Of a DNA stretch of 64,000 nucleotides, positions 1-12,800 are shown piece by piece (within the stretch, counting starts at the first letter, position 1; the number at the start of each line of letters is the position of its first letter). Below the pieces are notes generated by a model that saw only the letters and a list, made by a program, of their open reading frames with translations, ran no database searches and had not been told where the DNA came from. Made by a program: the position numbers and the translations under genes. This DNA comes from Amoebophrya sp. A120 (lineage: Eukaryota; Protista; Dinoflagellata). The stretch covers positions 1,563,102-1,627,101 of the forward strand of contig CAJINV010000016.1 of NCBI GenBank assembly GCA_905178155.1, written 5' to 3'.

Positions 1-503
1 CCTTTTCGGAGCAAAACCCTGACCAAAACCCTGCCGCTTTGGCGGCAGCCATCACAGGGGCAAGCATCTCTTTGGCTGGCCAGGATGGTGATCTACCTCT
101 GCCTCCGAACGTTGTCCCGCAAGATTGCGGAACGAGATCCGGAGGCAGAAAAGCCGGGCAGCCTGCTCCGCGTACCAAGTAACGCGCGAGGCGAGGCGGC
201 TTGCCTGGCGTAGATGCCAGCCTAGATCTCGAGGGAAATGCTGACCCCCAAATCAGCCAGCGCGCGCTCGTCAGAATTGTGGCGACACCTCGCACAAAAT
301 CTGGATCGGCATCAAGGTAGAAGGGCCTTCAGCTCTGAAGGCCCGGCGGCTTTGGAGGTTTTGCCAGCCAGACGAAATACGAACCAAGGCACCACCTGGA
401 CAACTGCCGGGCGGTGCGACGAGGGACAAAGGCGGGGGCTGCGAAATCTATGAAGCCGCGAACCAAAACCCTGATGTAAACCTTAATTTTTTCAACCCTT
501 AAT

Positions 504-3398
504 GTAACTGACGACACAAACGTGGAACGCGTCTTCCGTCGACCACTTGTTCCGCAACTTCTGTCGCTCGCTCACAGACTATCAAAAGGAAAAATCCCCC
601 CTCCCCATATCGAAAACGAAATTTGCGATGCTGTATTTGAGTACACAAATCAGATTTGTCTCGCTGGCGAGGACTGCAGGCCCATATCAGGCCTGAGTAG
701 ACAAGTTTTGGCCTAGGCGCTTAGCATGGCAGACGTCTACGCTGTAGGAGCAACAGCATGACAGACCGCCTGTAGAATGTGGCGGAGCCTGTAGACTTGC
801 CTTCATGCAATACAGCGACGATTTGTGGTCTCAAATCTGCATCACAAATTTTCAGAAGTGTCCCGGTTTGGTATGGGGAGGGGGGATTTTTCCTCACAAT
901 ACAGACCCGTGGTACACTAACGTTTTCAGCCCCGGGGCCCACTTCTGCAGTTCGTTCTTCCAGTTGAACACCGCGTATGCATTTCAAATATCCCTGGATG
1001 TCTGGAAACTTGTAATCCTGGGTTGTGAATAGTGAATGCTGTGTAATGCACAGCTGCCAAGCATGAGAAATATTTGTGAGGCTTTGCGTTGCGTTTTTCG
1101 CATGACAAACTGCGTTTTTGCATGACAGGCACAAGGGTCTTTTCTTGGACACGCATCACAAATTCTTTACTCATGCCAGACACGCATGGCAAACCTTGCA
1201 TCCTCTCAGACCCAGACGTATTTGCAATGCATACCACGGCGGAGGGAACGATGACCAGGTGCGGGCCCCAAATTCCCTTGTTCACCGCCAGGTAGCAGAA
1301 GGTGGCGATGGTTTGCACCGTTTTCCCCAGGCCCATCTCGTCCGCGAGGATGCCGTTCACGCCCGTGTCGTACAGCTTCACGAGCCAGTGCATACCGACG
1401 TGCTGGTAGTGCCGGAGGTGGCCGCGGAGGAGGAGAGTGGGGATGGGAAGGAGCTTATTTTTGCTGTGTTTAGTAGAAGATTTATCTTTGGACGCTCTTC
1501 TTGTTTTGGAAGTTTTACTTTTTTGTCCCATCTGATGCTGCTCATTCATGATCTCGTGCAGATTCTTGCGCTCGGCCTCTACGCCCGAGCTAGGGGGCGG
1601 AGGCCGCACTCCCTCTTCTTCATCATTCTTCTCAATCTTCCGCCGTTTTCGACTCCTTTCGGCAAGGTCGATTTCATCGTCATCATGCTGCAGCTGCTGC
1701 TGCTCCTCTACTTCAAAATCCTGACTCGTCTTAGAAGGCTGTGCGGGCGGCCGCGCCTTGGACAAGTATTGAGCACTTTCTTCATCAGTATTTGCAGCTG
1801 AGCTTGGTGGAGTAGAGGACAATGGCGCTGCACCAATAATAGCCGCCTCAGCGGGGGTAGTGAGGTCATGGCGATTTTTTTGTCTTCGCGCCAAAAAACG
1901 ACGCGACTTCTCTGACCACCATGCCATTGTGAGTAATGTTATGCACGACGGTACGGCGGTCGCTAAAAATCTCGAGCTAGAGCTGGCCTCCATTTGGTTT
2001 CGAATCGAAAAACCTTGCTTCCCCGCATGCTATGGGCCCGCCAGGGCCCCCGCTAGGGTCGGCCTCTTGGGAGCCCCAAATCGGGCCCATAGCATGCGGG
2101 TTGGCTTTTTGCTTTTGGCGGACTTTGGTTTTTTTTGTTTTTTCTGTTGAAAAGTCGCATCTTCTGGCCTTCAGTCCGCCTCTGAAATGGCGGATTTTGG
2201 TGGCCTCTTTTGCGAGGCCCGAATGTGGGCCAAAATGGGGCCCATACCATGCTGATTCGCGCTTTTTTTCGTCTTGGCATTTTTGCGTCGCCCCTTTTTG
2301 GGCGCCCCAAATCGCCAGAAACCAGGGCGGTGGGCGCCTCAGAAGGGCGCCCCTTTTGGCGGCTCCCTTGCGTCGTTTTATCAAGCGGTAATCGATAGAA
2401 TCCGCTCGCGCTTGTTTGACAGCAAGGCCCCGGCCGCTTGATAAGTGGAAATCTTTTATGTCCAAAAACACTTCCGGCCGCTTGGAAACTGCCGGTCGTT
2501 TTGCAGGTGAGGTGTCAAAAAGATCGCTAGATTAGAACGTTCGTGACCTCACTACATACTACCCGCATTCATATCCTCTTCGTGTGCCTCTGCGGATGAT
2601 CCACCACCTCTACCTCCGGATGATCCACCTCCTGTCGCTGTCAGTCCGATCCTCACGCCCAGGCCCCGTCCCAACATGTTTGTCCGCCCTTGATTTTCCT
2701 CAACATCGAAGTCTTCCAGCATTGCGTTGGTAAATTCCTCGGCGGTGCTCAACAAATTCTCGAGCCGCGCCGCCCGGTCCCGGCTCTGTACCACCTTCAC
2801 CTGCTGCTTTTCCCCGATCTGGTGCGCTTTCTGCAGCTTGTCCCACAACGCCTGGACCCGCCCGGCCTGCTCCTTGGCGCGCTCGGCTGCCTTTATGGCG
2901 TTCTCAGCTGTTACATTCTCAACTGTTACATGGATTCGTAATGCAAGAATGGTAAAAGTGAAAGGAGGGAGCTTGCGCGTCTTGCATGACAGATTTGGCA
3001 CAGATTTAGACGCTGTCTAGCCATTCGAGAACTTGTCATGCGAAGCAGCTTGATGGTCTGGCGGCTCATTGTCATTTTGCATCACAAATTCGCGTAACAG
3101 TTGAGAATGTAACAATTGAGAATCCCATAGCCTTGATCTGCGCATTGCGGATCTTCTCGATATTGAACAAATGCAGCATAGTATGCAAGAAAAAAACTGT
3201 GTAAGTGTAACTCTGTAATGCAGAACAGGCAATAAAGTTACACCTGTCATGCCAGACAGCCATGATCTCCTCTCTTCATGTGGATTTTCCCTTACAAGCC
3301 ACGCATGACAGGTTTTCTCTGTCATGTAGAGCAAATTTGTGATGCTGTCAGCCAAAGAAAGTTACACTAACACAGTTTTTTTCTTGGATACATAGTCT
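504..3398 (-). CDS. SWR1: SWR1/SRCAP-type SNF2-family chromatin-remodelling ATPase (N-terminal part; continues beyond window start)
   Basis: LRHYQHVGMHWL...NGILADEMGLGKTVQTIA...WGPHLVIVPSAVV. After removing introners 976-1233 and 580-901 it continues FNWKNELQKWAPGLKTLVYHGSVSERQKLRNKWSTEDAFHVCVVSY. The upstream exon 2552-2893 (VQALWDKLQKAH...LENLLSTAEEF) looks HSA-like. True start not resolved. Confidence 0.85.
580..901. mobile_element. Introner family B (322 bp), TSD CAGAC
   Basis: TATCAAAAGGAAAAATCCCCCCTCCCCATA ... TATGGGGAGGGGGGATTTTTCCTCACAATA; CAGAC on both sides; removal restores the SWR1 frame. Confidence 0.9.
976..1233. mobile_element. Introner family A (258 bp), TSD CCGCG/CCACG
   Basis: TATGCATTTCAAATATCC ... 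CAGACCCAGACGTATTTGCAATGCATA; homologous to 28592-28850; removal restores SAVV-FNW. Confidence 0.88.
2894..3129. mobile_element. Introner family G (236 bp), TSD GCCTT
   Basis: TATGGCGTTCTCAGCTGTTACATTCTCAACTGTTAC ... GTAACAGTTGAGAATGTAACAATTGAGAATCCCATA; removal joins NAQIKA-AERAKE. Confidence 0.9.
3182..3390. mobile_element. Introner family E (209 bp), TSD CATAG
   Basis: TATGCAAGAAAAAAACTGTGTAAGTGTAAC ... GTTACACTAACACAGTTTTTTTCTTGGATA. Confidence 0.87.
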
Positions 3399-4205
3399 AC
3401 TGGTACCTTCTTGCTCACCCGGCGTCTCAGCCGCGGGCGCAGCGTACACACAACAATACTAGAGCAGTTGTGTGTGGGCTCATGTTAATGCTCTTCAAGA
3501 TGAATAAGGTTTGTATGTACTAGTTGCTCAAATTTCCATCTTTGTCACCTTACCCGGGACAATCTTCTTCGCTTTTTGTCCACCTTGAATAAAGTAAAAA
3601 GATAAAGTCCACCTCAAACCACTTGATGATTTTTAGCCAGAAAGATGAATTTCGTGTCTGTGCTCTCGGAATGATGTAACGCGGCCGCTGAAGCTGATAG
3701 TGTCGTGAAACAAGAAATTATGCTGTGTCTAGAAAGACGAGTAGAAGATGCGGCCATATTTCATAGATGATAACCTATATTTTGTTTTTCATATCAAGAA
3801 CCTGAAGCAGATCTACGTACACCGATACTTCCGACAGAACGAAAGAGGACAGGATGCGACGTTGGTAGATCATAGCATTGTACCAGAATCAATTGCGATC
3901 TACTTCTCCACACGAGGAACGAGACCTTCTTGTTTAAATGGAACTACAAAACAATTTCTGGAACATTCAAGAACAAGATTGGACGCGCAGAGGCTGCGCA
4001 GCCTCGATTTTTTTTGCTGTGCAATCAAGAATAGAGGAGGTTGTTTTGCTTTTGTATTTGTAGCAACAGGGAAAATAAGTAAATAGAGATACATCTTTTT
4101 TGCATTTGAAGTAAACTAAAACAAAAACAGCTTTTCGTTTGTTCGTGTTCATGCTCGGCAAGAAAGCAGCTCCTGGCACTACGAAATCTAGAACCCTCCC
4201 TCTTA

Positions 4206-5183
4206 TTATAGCTTCCTCCTTTCTTTCCGCACCTCTTTCTCAGCCAAGACCTTCTTAGAAGCCGCTGCTTTTCTCTTTTCAACCTTCGCATTCCGCCGCT
4301 CTCTCTCCTTCTCCCCGAGTTTATCCAATTTCTGTTGCCGGATCTGTTTCCGGACGGACTTGTCGCTGTGGAAGTACGGCTTCGCAGTGTTTTTCCCAGA
4401 CATAATTTTCTCCTTTTCTTTTTGCTTCAATTCCCGTTTCTTCTGCTCGAATTCCGTCAAATCTTGCCGCTTCTTCTCGTCGTTTTGGAATTGCTGCAGC
4501 TGCTTCCTTTTCTGCTCTAGTTGCCTCTCACTCGTGAACATCTTCTGTGCTTTTTTGGAGAAAGTTTTTGCTCCTTTAGTTCTTTTTCCACTGCAGTTGC
4601 TGATCTCTTGTTTCAGTTCCTGCATCTCCTCCTGTCTCCTCTCCTCCAGAAACGAGTAGTTGCGACTCACGTGCTGCATGTTCAGCGTCCCGCAGTGGTC
4701 CAGAAAACGCGGGTCCATCGCTTTTGGCCGCTTGGAGCAAAGGCTTGTCGTATTTCCAGCCTTTTCTGCACCACCTTTCATCACGCTTGCCACTTTCGCT
4801 TGTCGCTTGTTCGAGGTGATCTCGATCGGCGCGTTCTTCTTTTTCTTCTTCTTTGCCCCTGGTGCACCTACGTCCGCGTTATTTTGCTCGCTTTCGACAA
4901 CGCCTTCCAAGATTTCGGAAGAGGTGGTGGACCTTCTGCTTGTGGCCGCAACCAACGCCGGTGGTTTCGATCCGGATCTTCGTGGGTTTGATCGTTCTGC
5001 ATCGTCGTCCGAGGATTCATCCATTCCCGCGGCGGTATTGCCAGGATCTTCTACGCGGCTTGCCATTCTCGCAGCCGCTAGCTTTTCCATGATGGATCTG
5101 CCCCTAGCTGTTCCGGAGCTAGGTGCTTGTTTTCTGTCAGAACCTGTGGAGGAACTGTCGCTGTCGCTGGAATAGAGGCCCAT
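4206..5183 (-). CDS. RRP36: rRNA biogenesis protein RRP36 (DUF947)-like
   Basis: Uninterrupted 325-aa ORF with APIEITS, DPRFLDHCG...NYSFLEERRQEE, KPYF and a basic C-terminus, as in RRP36. Confidence 0.75.
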   Translation of the reverse strand: MGLYSSDSDSSSTGSDRKQAPSSGTARGRSIMEKLAAARMASRVEDPGNTAAGMDESSDDDAERSNPRRSGSKPPALVAATSRRSTTSSEILEGVVESEQNNADVGAPGAKKKKKKNAPIEITSNKRQAKVASVMKGGAEKAGNTTSLCSKRPKAMDPRFLDHCGTLNMQHVSRNYSFLEERRQEEMQELKQEISNCSGKRTKGAKTFSKKAQKMFTSERQLEQKRKQLQQFQNDEKKRQDLTEFEQKKRELKQKEKEKIMSGKNTAKPYFHSDKSVRKQIRQQKLDKLGEKERERRNAKVEKRKAAASKKVLAEKEVRKERRKL

Positions 5184-6666
5184 TTTGATCGTACTCCTTG
5201 AACGAGTATATTCTTAAATATTCAGCTTGATGAAAGAGATGAGGTTGGCAATTATACCGCAATAACAGTATATAGCTTGGAGAAGAACTAATGCTTGTTA
5301 ACACCCACACAAAAAACGTCGCCGTCGTCCGTTCTTGCCTGAAGATACATCGCATGTAACTTTGCCTTTCGCTTTGACATTCACAACAGTTGTGAACTCG
5401 TCACTAAAATATTGATCTTTTGCCCTGCGTGGTCGTGTACTTCGGATCATTGCGATTCGCCCAGTGGAACTGCTTTCAATTTTGAATTGAATCAATGATG
5501 ATCCATTCCTCTATGCTTGCAGCAGAAGCAGATCATTTAGAAACACAAAAAAAAGAACATTTTTCTGATGTGATCTCCAGTGCAGCAGGATCCGTACTTT
5601 TATTTCCACCAGAAAAGCGAAGTGCTGTTTGAGGTAAAAGTATGTGTGCGAGATGCCGACATAGATGATACATTTCAAATGATCATGCGGAGGCTGTTTC
5701 GATGAAAGCAGATGTGTGTATGTGTTCGAATGGAAGCGCGGCATTCCGGGCGAAGGTCTTGCTTTCGCATCCGGACGCAACCACACATGGAACACTATCG
5801 AGAGTAGCACAGCAGACTACGATGCGCCGACTCATTTCAAGAAAAGTGCGCCGACTCATTTCATTATTTAATAGTACTAAAAAGACGTTTGGAGTGCTGA
5901 GGGTTGCGAGTCATGCCATCATCTTCTTCTACCACCATCGCATATTACGCCCTTCCCGGCATGGAGGGGCAGCATAGATATACATCTCTATATTTTGGCT
6001 CTCTATCTAAGTCTCCGATCGAAGTCGATGTCTGCGCGAGTTTTAGTGATCGCAAATGCTCTTCGTAGGTATTTTTCCGTCTTCTTCGTGGCTGTTATCA
6101 AGCTACCCAAAAAGCTGGAACTTTGAAAGAGTTACAACAATGAGAGCACTTTCTAAACGCTGCGCAAACTGTCTCAAGTAAGTATATTTTTATATAACTC
6201 GCAAACACTACCCATTGTTCTGAATTTTCGCTAGCAGCGCTCTTCTTCCAGGACTTACGGGAAATGAGGTTTTTGGCCCAGAAGACGAGTCGGAGTCTGC
6301 CCAGATGAGTACAAAACTCCCTGCCAGGTCTTACGAAGGTTTTTGGTCGTTATACAGGAATCCCAGCGAGTGAATCTCAACGGTTGCACCCCAACGCTTT
6401 GAGACGCCTCAACGGATTCGCGAAGAGCTCAACGACTGGTCTCAACGGTCTGCGCACAGAAGAACTGCGTGGCGTGAGGGTGCGCATCAAGCCCCGGCAG
6501 CAAACGTCTCAGAGGTCCTGCCAACACGAGTGCCGGCGAGCGGGCTCGTAGATAGTTAGAAAAACGCGCGAAGGCAGCGCGCATAGTGAGACACAGTCAG
6601 GGCACACAAGCCAAAGGGGCACACACAACGGGCCGGGCAACAATAGCGCAGGAGAGCGAGGAGAGA

Positions 6667-6728
6667 GTCGTCGGGCAGGGCAGCCGCCGCCGGCCGGCCG
6701 ACCGGCGGCGGCTGCCCTGCCCGACGAC
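6667..6728. repeat. Perfect GC-rich hairpin, 27-bp arms
   Basis: GTCGTCGGGCAGGGCAGCCGCCGCCGG (6667-6693), 8-nt loop, exact reverse complement (6702-6728). Confidence 0.95.
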
Positions 6729-6764
6729 CCTAAACCCCAAATCCTAAACCCGAAACCCTAAACC
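6728..6764 (+). repeat. Degenerate interstitial telomeric repeats (CCCTAAA)n
   Basis: CCCTAAA CCCCAAA TCCTAAA CCCGAAA CCCTAAA CC; TTTAGGG is the plant/dinoflagellate-type telomere unit. Confidence 0.6.
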
Positions 6765-7429
6765 ACTGCTGGTCGTTGAGATATATTTCTCAACGTTGGG
6801 CTGTGACGTCTCAACGTTGAGATCCACAAGCACAGTTGAGATACCTGTAGTACAACCCAGGTTATTTTTCAAGTATCTGCGTAACGTTGTAAACTCACTG
6901 TAGAACTTGATAAATTGAGAGCTCGAGAAGTTCTGTCTACTGCTTCTCAATAAACAGCGTGGCCAAGTGACTTTGCACTTGTTACGCTATAGTTTCCGAC
7001 TTCTACTTCAAAAAAAATTTGTTTTGCAGTGAGCAGGATGACCTAAAAACACCCATAAGCAAAGCTATTAAGAGTCTGTAGAAGTACTAGAAGAGTAAAA
7101 GCGGAAGAAAATTAAAAAAGTGCACATAATAAAAAGCTAAAAGCTGTAAAGCGAAAGCGTTAGAAACCTAGACGCACGATCAACAAAGTAAACGAACTAC
7201 GATGGGAACAAGTACTAGCAGCACTAAGTGACTACGTGTCACGATGTAGCTCGGTACTAATGATAGACGTACTAGTAGGGGTACTAGTCTCCTGCGTGGT
7301 GCTGTACTGAAGCGCTTTATGCTTTCGCTGTGGTGTTTTAGCTTTGCGTTTGATTTCGGCGGTTTGTAATCGGTAGAACTTGTTTTTTGTAGGATTTTAC
7401 TCTTCTTTCTTAATATTTTGCTGGTAGTA

Positions 7430-7810
7430 CTATGAATGGACAAAGTGCGAAAGTTCAGTATTAACTATTGCATTTTCTGAGCCGTATTTTTCATTTTTTA
7501 AAATGGAAAAACCGACTTCGATTGTCATGAAAACTTCTTTTGTTCATGGAGAAAACAATTTTTTGTCATGCAAAAACCGACTTCGTGGGAGCACAGGTTC
7601 TATCTGAACCACCGACGTTACCGATGCACGGAACCAACATTCTTTTCACCGACGCCAGCACTTCGTCTCACCGAAAACCAAAACGCCATCATTTCCGGAA
7701 ACTCAACTTCAACCGAGCAAAACAACTTCACTTCCGGAAAATGCGAGCTCCTCTCCACCGAGCTAAAATTTCGAATAGTTGTGGTTTATTACAAAACCAC
7801 AACTATTCGA
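7430..7810 (+). repeat. Left terminal inverted repeat (381 bp)
   Basis: Reverse complement of 23989-24369 with about 5 substitutions; contains TTGTCATG twice. Confidence 0.95.
7771..7810 (+). other. Putative tyrosine-recombinase site (17-6-17 palindrome, spacer ATTACA)
   Basis: TCGAATAGTTGTGGTTT-ATTACA-AAACCACAACTATTCGA, exactly at the inner end of the TIR; function inferred. Confidence 0.6.
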
Positions 7811-8740
7811 CCTCTCCAACACAATTCTTCAAGTTTTCAATTTAGACATCCGAAACCGACTCGCTTTCTCGAACTCACGTCGCGCAATATCGGCACGCGC
7901 GACCGTGGGACCATCTTCAAAGCTCTTCATCGTTTGTTCTTGGCGAAAGAAACAGCTATCGCGTCGCCATATCGTTTTTGCCTCCAAGTCCGCAGCAGAA
8001 CTCACGGCGACTTGGGAGACCATATCCATCACGTGGTGGGTAGAGCGAAACGCTTTCAGATATGGAAGACAATCTCCCATCATTTGACAGCATTGCTTCT
8101 CTGCGAAGAAACTACATGTAGCTTCTTCACGAGAGGACGGCGAAGGTGTTGACACAAACGCCACGTCGAAAGACGTGACGATAGAGAAGCGCTCAGGTTG
8201 TTACTTTTCTAACAAAAAAACAAAAGCTCGAAGATTGCACTTCCATAGTGTAGAAGTGCTTGTCTTTCGATGAGAAATAGATATTGACACTCGAAAGACA
8301 GTAAAGAAATGTTGCGAATATTTGCGAGTCAGCAGACGTAGATGGCGAGACGTCTAAGCTGCCGACTCTAAAGAAGGCCGGTGTAGCCAAAGCACTTTCG
8401 CTTCGCTGAAATCTCAGCGATTTTTCTAATCGAAAAAGAAACTCATAATTTTTTTGAAGTAAAGTAAACAAATTAGCCCCGTCCGATTACGCAGGAAGGA
8501 CGCGGGCTCTAATCAGACCGAATTGCGGCAGCTCCAGTGGAGTTGACGAACTCATGCTGATGAGTATCAAGCTTATATTTCTAAAAGTAGTCCTGCACGT
8601 ATGTGCGTAATAGCTTCCGTATCTACAGACAAAGCCAGTGCTCTATCTTCAGCGAGAGGTAGAAAAAAGATTACCGACAACGAAAGTCGAAGTGGCAAGT
8701 TTCTGAGCACAAACGCATCTCGTACGAGTTTACCTCTAGA

Positions 8741-9256
8741 CTACGTGTCCGCGTCTAAAAAGGTAAACTCGTCCAAGGTGTTGGCTCTGCTTCGCTTCGC
8801 GTTGGGCGTTTCGTCATCATCCGGCTTCGCCGACTCGATCGACAGCTCGCTCATGCCGCGGGGACGCAACAACGCCGACTGGCTCCGCAACTTCGTCTGC
8901 TGCTGAAAGAGCTTCACGCTGCTCGGTCCCGGCAAGTTCATGCTCATGCTGTGCGACGACGAGCTGCTGCTGCGATCGCGGGTGGACTCCTCCGCGGAAG
9001 AGGACGCGTTCTGCTTGACATGCTCAGCCACCTTCTTGGGGTCCAAGTAGGCCTGGCAAAGACCCTCGCTGTCCCAGGCGTCGTTGTTCTTGACATCGGT
9101 GTAGAAGTTCAGGGACTGGCCCACGTACGAGGACTGCAGCTTCGTCGCGGCAGCGCTCAGTGCGGCAGCCGCCTTAGCAGCAGCAGTAGTCTTCTTAGCC
9201 GGCTCCTTGACCTCAGCACCCTTGGCACCCGGGGGCTTATTCAGCGGGGCCGACAA
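8741..9256 (-). CDS. Hypothetical protein exon (transposon cargo)
   Basis: 171-aa ORF with coding-like GC3 bias (KKTTAAAKAAAA...FYTDVKNNDAWDSEGLCQAYLDPKKV); no family recognised. Confidence 0.45.
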   Translation of the reverse strand: MSAPLNKPPGAKGAEVKEPAKKTTAAAKAAAALSAAATKLQSSYVGQSLNFYTDVKNNDAWDSEGLCQAYLDPKKVAEHVKQNASSSAEESTRDRSSSSSSHSMSMNLPGPSSVKLFQQQTKLRSQSALLRPRGMSELSIESAKPDDDETPNAKRSRANTLDEFTFLDADT

Positions 9257-9889
9257 GCGGCACTCGGCGGGCAGGGAGGTCGCGAAAGCGCGGCTCGGCT
9301 CGCACTCATGCCTGATAGTTTGAGATAATGACGAGTATGGCTATGAGATCACAGACAGTACGTTATAAGCTATGACTATGAAGCACTTCACTAACAACAG
9401 ATGATAGAGAGCATGACGATGATGAGCATCAGATGACACGGAGCATGATGATAATAAAAATACGGGATCAAGGTGTCGAACTTCAGGTCACCGACCCAGG
9501 CAGAGCGTGGCCATCTCAAACTTGATTCCCCTCGCCTTCTTGTCGGCTTTGAAGTCCAAGGCGATGGCCTTCTCTTGCAGGATCCATCTGGCACCGCGAC
9601 GTCAGCTTCATCCTCTCCATGTGGAAGCTAGTGGGGATCTTAATCGGCACGACACAAACTCTCGCTAATTGTTCGGCGGAGAGCGTCCACGTCTGTCCCT
9701 GTTTCAGCCCTTTCTTGCACCCGACGGCGTAGTGACCCATGTTCAACGAAAGGCAGTCCGCCGGAAGCTGATTTTTGTTGGTGACAGTTTTGCTCTGAAA
9801 ACAAAGTCTTTCGGAGGTGAGTGCTCGTCTTCTAACTCTTGCCCATTTTCCTCTTCGCGCTCACGTCACGCTCACGACTAAAAAAAAAA

Positions 9890-12800
9890 TCAGAAAATCA
9901 GAAACCAAAGCACGTCCATCAGGGCATATTGCTGCTCGGTCGCCGGTTCCTTGGCCTTGGCCCGCGACTTAGCCACGCACTTCACTTGAAACCATTTGGC
10001 CTCTTCCGCCGATTTTAACTTTTCCCCTAAGGCTTCGGTCTCCTGGCTGAAAATCTCCTGCAACTGCTTCCGCTCGGCCTCGCTGGTTTCTTTGTGCTTC
10101 TTGCGCTTCTCGTCGTACTCCTCCTTGGCCGCGTTGATATACACCTGGCGAATAGAACCGGAAAGCTGGAGGCTGAACGAACCCGGGATGAAAAGCTGGC
10201 TATCATAGGTCACTATGAATTTCGAGAAAACCGATGTCGCAGCCAAATTCCAAAAAATGCTATACGCGAAAAAATATTGGGACTTCGATACATTCTTGGC
10301 GTGATCAGTTAAATCCAACCAAAGCGTCCCGGGAATCACGTAGAGCTGTATTGCGAGATAGGTACTTCTGCAGACGGATCACACGCGATCCGTCGTCGAA
10401 GTGGAAGTCGCAGCTCACGCACACGCTCACGCAATGGACGCAGATACAAGCTCGAACTTAAATACTACTGAAATAAAATCATGAAAAACGCCTTGGCTTT
10501 CTTGCGGGCAATCATCTCCGCCCTCGTGGCTTTCTCCATGGCCTTCAAAGTGGTCTCCGCGTTGGACTGCAGCGCCTTCGCATCGGCCTGGTAGTTCGCG
10601 GCCAGCGAGTGCAGCTGGCTCTTGATCTGGCGGACCTCGGGCGACATGACTTCTCCCCGAATTTCGCCACTTTTCCCATCGAGGTATCCCAGCGCTTCAT
10701 CAGTGGCATCGCACTCGATGGCGATCTGGCTGCGGACTATTCATAGGCAAAGTCTTCGCTTTCAAATACGAACTTGCTTACATGCGTTAAAACTTGCATT
10801 AGAAATTTGATCAGCGTGGGCATCTTGATACTTGAAGACCTCGATCCCCTCCGCAAGCGTGACCGTGGAGCTCAGCGTCTTGTTGTCGGCGAGCCGCACG
10901 ACAAAGGTACCGATCACCTTCGAGGAGTCGAAGCATGCACGGCTTCTGCAGGTTCGCGCAGGTGCGGACCACGTTCCCGATCTCTTTCAGCGCGGAGTCG
11001 TCTAATCAGGTGGAGGGTTTGGGGCGACTTCGCCCGCTATTTTTTGGCTAATTTTTTCGGGATTTTTTAAAAGTCCGGGCAAGCAGAAGCGGCCCCGACG
11101 GCGCTGCCGCCGGAGGAAAAGAGAAAGCCAGCGCAGCGCGGGGAGAAGAAAGCAAAAACCCCAAGGAGCTTCCTGCGATTGTTGCGTGGCGGCCCGGATG
11201 GACAGAGCGCGGAACCATGCGAAACCCCATGCCCAATGAGAAATATACCCGGAAAGGAAATACCGGAAGACGGAAACCCTCGGGCCCAAGATAGACAACC
11301 CAAACGGAAGCCGGGGCCGGCGAAAGTCTGCGCGGGTCCTGGATATCTATGGGTTGGCCCACATCCCATCCGCAGCGGGTTTCTGCATTTCCCTGCTACA
11401 CTTCCGCGACCGGCTAAATCATGCGGCTAAATCCCGGCTAAATCGGTCGGCTAAATCGGTCGGCTAAATCGGCCGGCTAAATCGGCCGGCTAAATCGGCC
11501 GGCTAAATCGGTCGGCTAAATCTATGCGGCTAAATCGGTCGGCTAAATCGGTCGGCTAAATCTTGGCTAAATTTTCCGGGATTCACTTCGGAAATCCCGG
11601 CGATGCCGAATATAGCCGGCGGCAAAATGCGGAACCACAGGGATTTCGGGAAGGAAAAAAAAGTCAGCCGATTTAGCCAAAAATTTAGCCGGGGAAAGGA
11701 CACTGATTTCCGCAAATTTGAAAGGACCCGGGCGTCTTGGTTTTTAAAATTCCAAAGCCGAACACAAAGGAAAAAAAAGGGGCGGCGGCCGTCTTCGCCT
11801 GAAGAAGAGAAATAACACGCCACACGGCGCGACACAGAGCACCACCACAGAAACCGCCCGCCGCGCTCGCAGGATTCCCACCCTAACGCAAAAAATTTCG
11901 AAAAATCCACATAGCGCAAAAATAAAATCCAAAAAAAAACCAAAAAAAATTTTTTGAATTTCTTTGCTTCCCCGACGGCCTGGCCTATGTGGGGCAGCTC
12001 CCGAGTCTGTTCTCGCCCCTGTTTGTCAGAGGAGGGCCTGGCGTAGGTGTCGCATATTTGCCCGCTTGGGTGGTCCGCATCTCTTGGCCTCCGCTCCTGG
12101 TGATGAGAACCCAGAGTGGCGAATCCGTGTGGGGTTGGGCCTTCTTCTGCCGGGGAGCAGAGGTCTCCTCGTGGCGCATTTTCGCCACAGAGGACTTCTC
12201 TTTGGGTTTGGCCAGGAAAAATATTAGAAAAAATTTGAAAAAAATTTGGGAAAAATCAAGAGGCGCACAAAAAAATTTGGAAAAAATTTTAGAAATTGGC
12301 CAATTTGCAAAAACCAATGGGGTTTTGCTAATGTCGCCGATTTTCCGAAATTTTTTTTGGCCTTTTTTGAGCGCCATCGAAATTTTATCCGGCCGAGTCG
12401 AAATTTTTTTTGGGCAAATCGAAATTTTTTTTAGATTTTTCTTGGCCACATGCAAAGGAAGTTCTTCACTGCAGTTCGAACGCATCCGAGCGCCCGCGTT
12501 GTCGAGCAGCCGCGCCCATCATGCCTGCGCGCCGCATCCCGCGCGCTCCCGAGGCATTTCGAGCGCGCGCGGCGTGGCGACTTCGTGTTGAGTTTCATCC
12601 CATTGCGAAGCACCGAAGGCAGCGACCCACACCCCCCCACCCTTCTGGTGCAGCCTGCAGGATGGGCCCCAGCTCGCCTCCGGCCCAAGGGCCACCCCGC
12701 TACCCTTTGCGAAAATTTTAAAAAAATTCAGAAAAAAGTTGGATTTTTCGGCCCAAAAGCGTTAGGGGAAAAATCCGGCGAAGCCCGCGGCTTTTCGAGG

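Noticed and set aside
1-503. TTAA-flanked element end interrupting SWR1
   Set aside because: Only one end is in the window, so TIR and TSD cannot be verified
7540-7845. Duplicated 101/111-aa ORF (also 23924-24259)
   Set aside because: Lies within the TIRs, starts at a non-ATG codon and has no protein features; it is a by-product of the repeat
11411-11571. Possible CRISPR array
   Set aside because: 13-bp head-to-tail units with no unique spacers and no cas genes; eukaryotic context
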